Assembly: GCF_030144855.1 (NCBI RefSeq)
Contig: NC_082712.1
Coordinates: 13,144,001-13,208,000, forward strand
From: Hypanus sabinus
Lineage: Eukaryota
DNA: 64,000 nt
Direction of reading: 5' to 3'
Under the pieces are notes generated by a model. The model saw only the letters and a program-made list of their open reading frames with translations, had not been told where the DNA came from and made no database searches. Shown piece after piece: positions 60,500 through 64,000 of the stretch (position 1 is the stretch's first letter; every line of letters starts with the position of its first letter). The position numbers were made by a program, and so were the translations under genes.

Positions 60500-63460
60500 T
60501 TTTCTGAGTCTCAGTCTGGAAATTATCTTTGAGGGATTCTTAAACAAGGTCTCCCAAGTCATTTTGCTCAGCTGCTTTTTTTGTATTTTCTCTGTATTTT
60601 CTCCCCATTTAAAAAAAATAGTTAACCTTTCATTTATTCTGCCAATGTGTATGACCATACACTTACCGACAATGCATTCCATCTCCACTTCTTTCCCCAT
60701 TCTCCTAATCTGTCTAGGTCCTTCTGTAGTCATTCCACTTCCTCAAACCCACCTTGCCTTCCACATATCTTCGTATCATCTGCAAAGTCTGCATCAAAGC
60801 CAACAATTCTATCATCCAAATCATTAACGTATAATGTACAATGAATTGGTCCCAACACAGGCCCCTGTGCAACATCACGAGTTACCGGCAGGCACCCAGA
60901 AAAGGCTCCCTTCATGCGAGGGGATCTCAGTGGGCTAGGCAGCATCTATGGAAAAGAGTAAGCAGTCGATGTTTCTGGCTGGGACCCTTCATACCCTGAT
61001 CTCTTTTATCCATGTTAGGATATTCGATGTAATACCTTGGGCAATGAATTCCACAGATTCACTATACCCTGACTAGCGAAGTCCTCCTCATCTCTGTTTT
61101 AATAGGACACCCCTCTATTCGGAGACTGTCCCTTCTGGTCCTAGACTCGCCACTATAGGAAGCATCCTCTCACCATCTCCTCGATCTCGGCTTTTCGACA
61201 GAATGCAATGAGCTCACCCCCTCCTACTCTGCTAAACACCATCGAGAACAGACCCAGAATCATCACACTTTCCTCTTATGTTAACCCTCTCACTCCCTGA
61301 ATCATTCTCGTGAACCTCTTCTGGAACATCTGCAATGCCAGCCCATATTTTCTTAGAGAAGGGGCCCAAAACTGGTCACAATGCTCCATGGCCCCAAATA
61401 TAGCAAGATGTAGTTTAAAGTTTGATGTGTGTGTGTGTGGGGACGAATGTATTGTGGAGTGGGCAGAGGTGCAGCTTATAAGAGTTGGCAAGTTTGATTT
61501 CCACAGAATATGGTGAGTGCATTAAGACACACTGTGCTGTTTTTTCTTTAAGTTCGAAGAAAAGTTTTGGGCCTATATCTCCAAAAAGATGTGCTTTCTT
61601 TGGAGAGAGTCCAGAGGAGGTTCACGAGGAGGATTCCAGGAATGAAGGGGTTAACATACGAGTTCTGTTTGGCAGTTTTCTGCCTGTATTCGCTGGAATT
61701 TAGAAGGATGTGAGCAGATCTCATTGAAACCTAACGAATGTTGAAAGGACTATATAATGTGGATGTAGAGAGGATGTTTCCTCTGTAGCAGGTAACCAGA
61801 GCTAAGAGGCACAGTCCCTAAACTGAAGGGTGACCTTGTAGAACAGAGGGAAGCAGGAATTTTTTAGCCAGAGTATAAACCTGTGGGATTCTCTGCCACA
61901 GACTGTGGTGGAGGCAGAGACTGTGGGCATATTTAAAGCAAAAGATGATCGTTTCCTGCTCGGTCAGGGCATCAAATGATTTGGTGAGAAGGCAAGTGTA
62001 TCTGGATCAGCATTGATGGAATGATGGAGCAGACTCAATGGGCTAAATGGTCTAATTCTGCTCCTGTGTCTTAATGTTTTATTATCTAATGATGAAGTGA
62101 AGTTGATGAAGTCATTCCCTTTGGTTCATGAGCCTGATGCTTGAGGGGTAATAAGTATTCCTGACCCTCGTTCTGTCAGTCCTGAGACCCCTGTACCTTC
62201 TTCTCAATGGCAGCAGTGAGAGGGAGCATGTCCTGGGTGGTCGGGGTCCCTGATGACAGATGCTACTTTCCTGCATCAGCCTCCTGTGTACATGTGTTCA
62301 ATAGTGGGGAAGGCTGTACCCGTGAAGGACTCTGTCGTATCCATTACATTTGTATGATTTTCCGTTCAAGGGCATTGGTGTTTCCCTGTCAGGCTGTGAC
62401 GCACCCGGTCAATGTACTCGCCACCACACATCTGTAGAAGTTTGCCAACGTTTTAGATGTCGTGCCGATACTTCGCAAACTCATAAAGAACAATACAGCA
62501 CAGTACAGGCCATTCGGCCCACAATGATGTGCCAACCCTTAAACCCTGCCTCCCATATAACCCTCCACCTTAAATTCCTCCATATACCTGTCTAGTAGTC
62601 TCTTAAATTTCACTAGTGTATATGCCTCCACCACTGACTCAGGCAGTGCATTCCATGCACCAACCACTCTGAGTGAAAAACCTTCCTCTAATATCCCCCT
62701 TGAACTTCCCTCCCCTTTACCTTAAAGCCATGTCCTCTTGTACTGAGCAGTGGTGCCCTGGGGAAGAGGCACTGGCTGTCCACTCTGTCTATTCCTCTAA
62801 ATATCTTGTATAGAAGTAGAGGTGCCTTGCAATTTCACATAGGTGGCGGGTCCAGGGCCGATTCTCGGAGATAAAAACACGGAGGAATTTAGAGTTGCTG
62901 ACCTTCTCCACCTCTGATCCTCCCATGAGTACTCGCTTATGGATCTCTTTGTTCCTCCTTCAGAAGTCAATACTCAGCTCCTTGGTCTTGGTGACATTGA
63001 GTAAGAGGTTTGTGTTACAGCAGCCTCCCTCGACATTCCACCCTCGCCATTTCAAACATACTTTGCTCCTGCCAGATTCACAAACTCACTTTCTGCTTCA
63101 TGCTGTCAAATACATTGCTGTGCTAAAGTCTTCGGCATCCCAGGTATAAGACTTTTGCACGCTACAGTATCTCAATGTTATAAGACTGTTGATAATTGTA
63201 AGTTTAGATGGTTTCTTGATCTCACAATTCATCCTGTCATGGCGTCGCACTTCCTGGTTTGCCTTATAATAGAAACATAGAAAACCTACAGCACAATACA
63301 GGCCCTTCGGCCCACAAAGTTGTGCCGAACATGTCCCTACCTTAGAAGTTACTAGATTACTAGGCTTACTCTGTTTTCCTAAACTCCATGTACCTATCCA
63401 AAAGTCTCTTAAAAGACCCTATCGTATCCATCTCCACCACCGTTGCCGGCAGCCTGTTCT
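60500..63460. mobile_element. Cluster of CR1 and Rex1 fragments in mixed orientation
   Basis: CR1 RT minus 60500-60910 (DFADDTK), CR1 minus 61020-61420, CR1 plus 61580-62080, Rex1 minus 62080-62480, CR1 tails 62490-62810 and 63270-63450. Confidence 0.75.
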
Positions 63461-63699
63461 GTTGGTTAGGAAGTCCATTTAATCTATTTGCACACTGCAA
63501 TGAACTGAACCTCTAGTGTTAATCTGCTTGAAGCCTTTCCATCACAAGATGAAAAGAAAACCCCAGTTCAGTGAGCTGTACTTAGCAGGACATAGTGACA
63601 CAGTAATTAGGGATCATTGCTTTATCAGAGGCGTCTTTTGTTGGAAAAACACTAACATTCATTTGAATATCCTACCTCTAAACATACGTATCTTTACCT

Positions 63700-64000
63700 C
63701 CCCCCCCCCCCCCCCCCGCTTTCTATAGGGATCGCTCCCTCCCCACTAATCTCGCTCCTGGCGCTTATCCCTGTAAGCAGCCTAAGTGTTGTACCTGCCC
63801 ATATACCACCTCCCTTCAGGGCCCAAGGCAGTGCTTCCAGGTGGGACAACACTTCACCTGAATATCTGCTGGGGTTGTCTATTGTGTCCAGTGTGGCCCC
63901 AATGTGGCCTCTTCAACTTTGGTGAGACTCGTCGTAAATTGGGGGACCGCTTCAAAGAGTACCTCCGCTCCATTCGCCAGAAGAGGAACTTTACGATGGC
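63700..64000 (+). mobile_element. Penelope-like element, GIY-YIG endonuclease region (runs off the window)
   Basis: GVVYCVQC...CGL..GETRRKLGDRFKEYLRSI, with frameshifts. Confidence 0.8.

Overview
Eukaryotic, repeat-saturated vertebrate DNA. The mix of CR1 LINEs with esterase-type ORF1, Rex1/Babar, Penelope-like elements and V-SINE-like SINEs suggests a cartilaginous fish (inference). No prokaryotic genes, rRNA, tRNA genes or CRISPR arrays were found. Two things stand out. (1) Positions ~0.2-14.9 kb hold a decayed, rearranged endogenous retrovirus: gag with a CCHC knuckle, DTG protease, RT (LPQGFHNSPSIFH), retroviral-type RNase H, GPY/F integrase tail, env, PPT and LTR. Its env has a pneumo/paramyxovirus F-like layout, as in lokiretroviruses. 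Its 5' half is present as an inverted duplication, and one arm was later hit by a hAT transposon (perfect 8-bp TSD) and a Rex1 LINE. (2) A spliced plus-strand Siglec-15-like gene runs from ~32.1 to 58.3 (possibly 60.0) kb. It has a leader exon, a Siglec-15-type V-set exon with the essential Arg, a second V-set exon where a C2 domain is expected, and a TM exon with a charged Lys. The rest is nested CR1, Rex1, L1 (14-bp TSD), Penelope, solo LTRs with TSDs, tiny Tc1-like hairpins and minisatellites. Repeat-fragment boundaries without a TSD are approximate (about +/-20 bp); all translations and alignments were done by eye.
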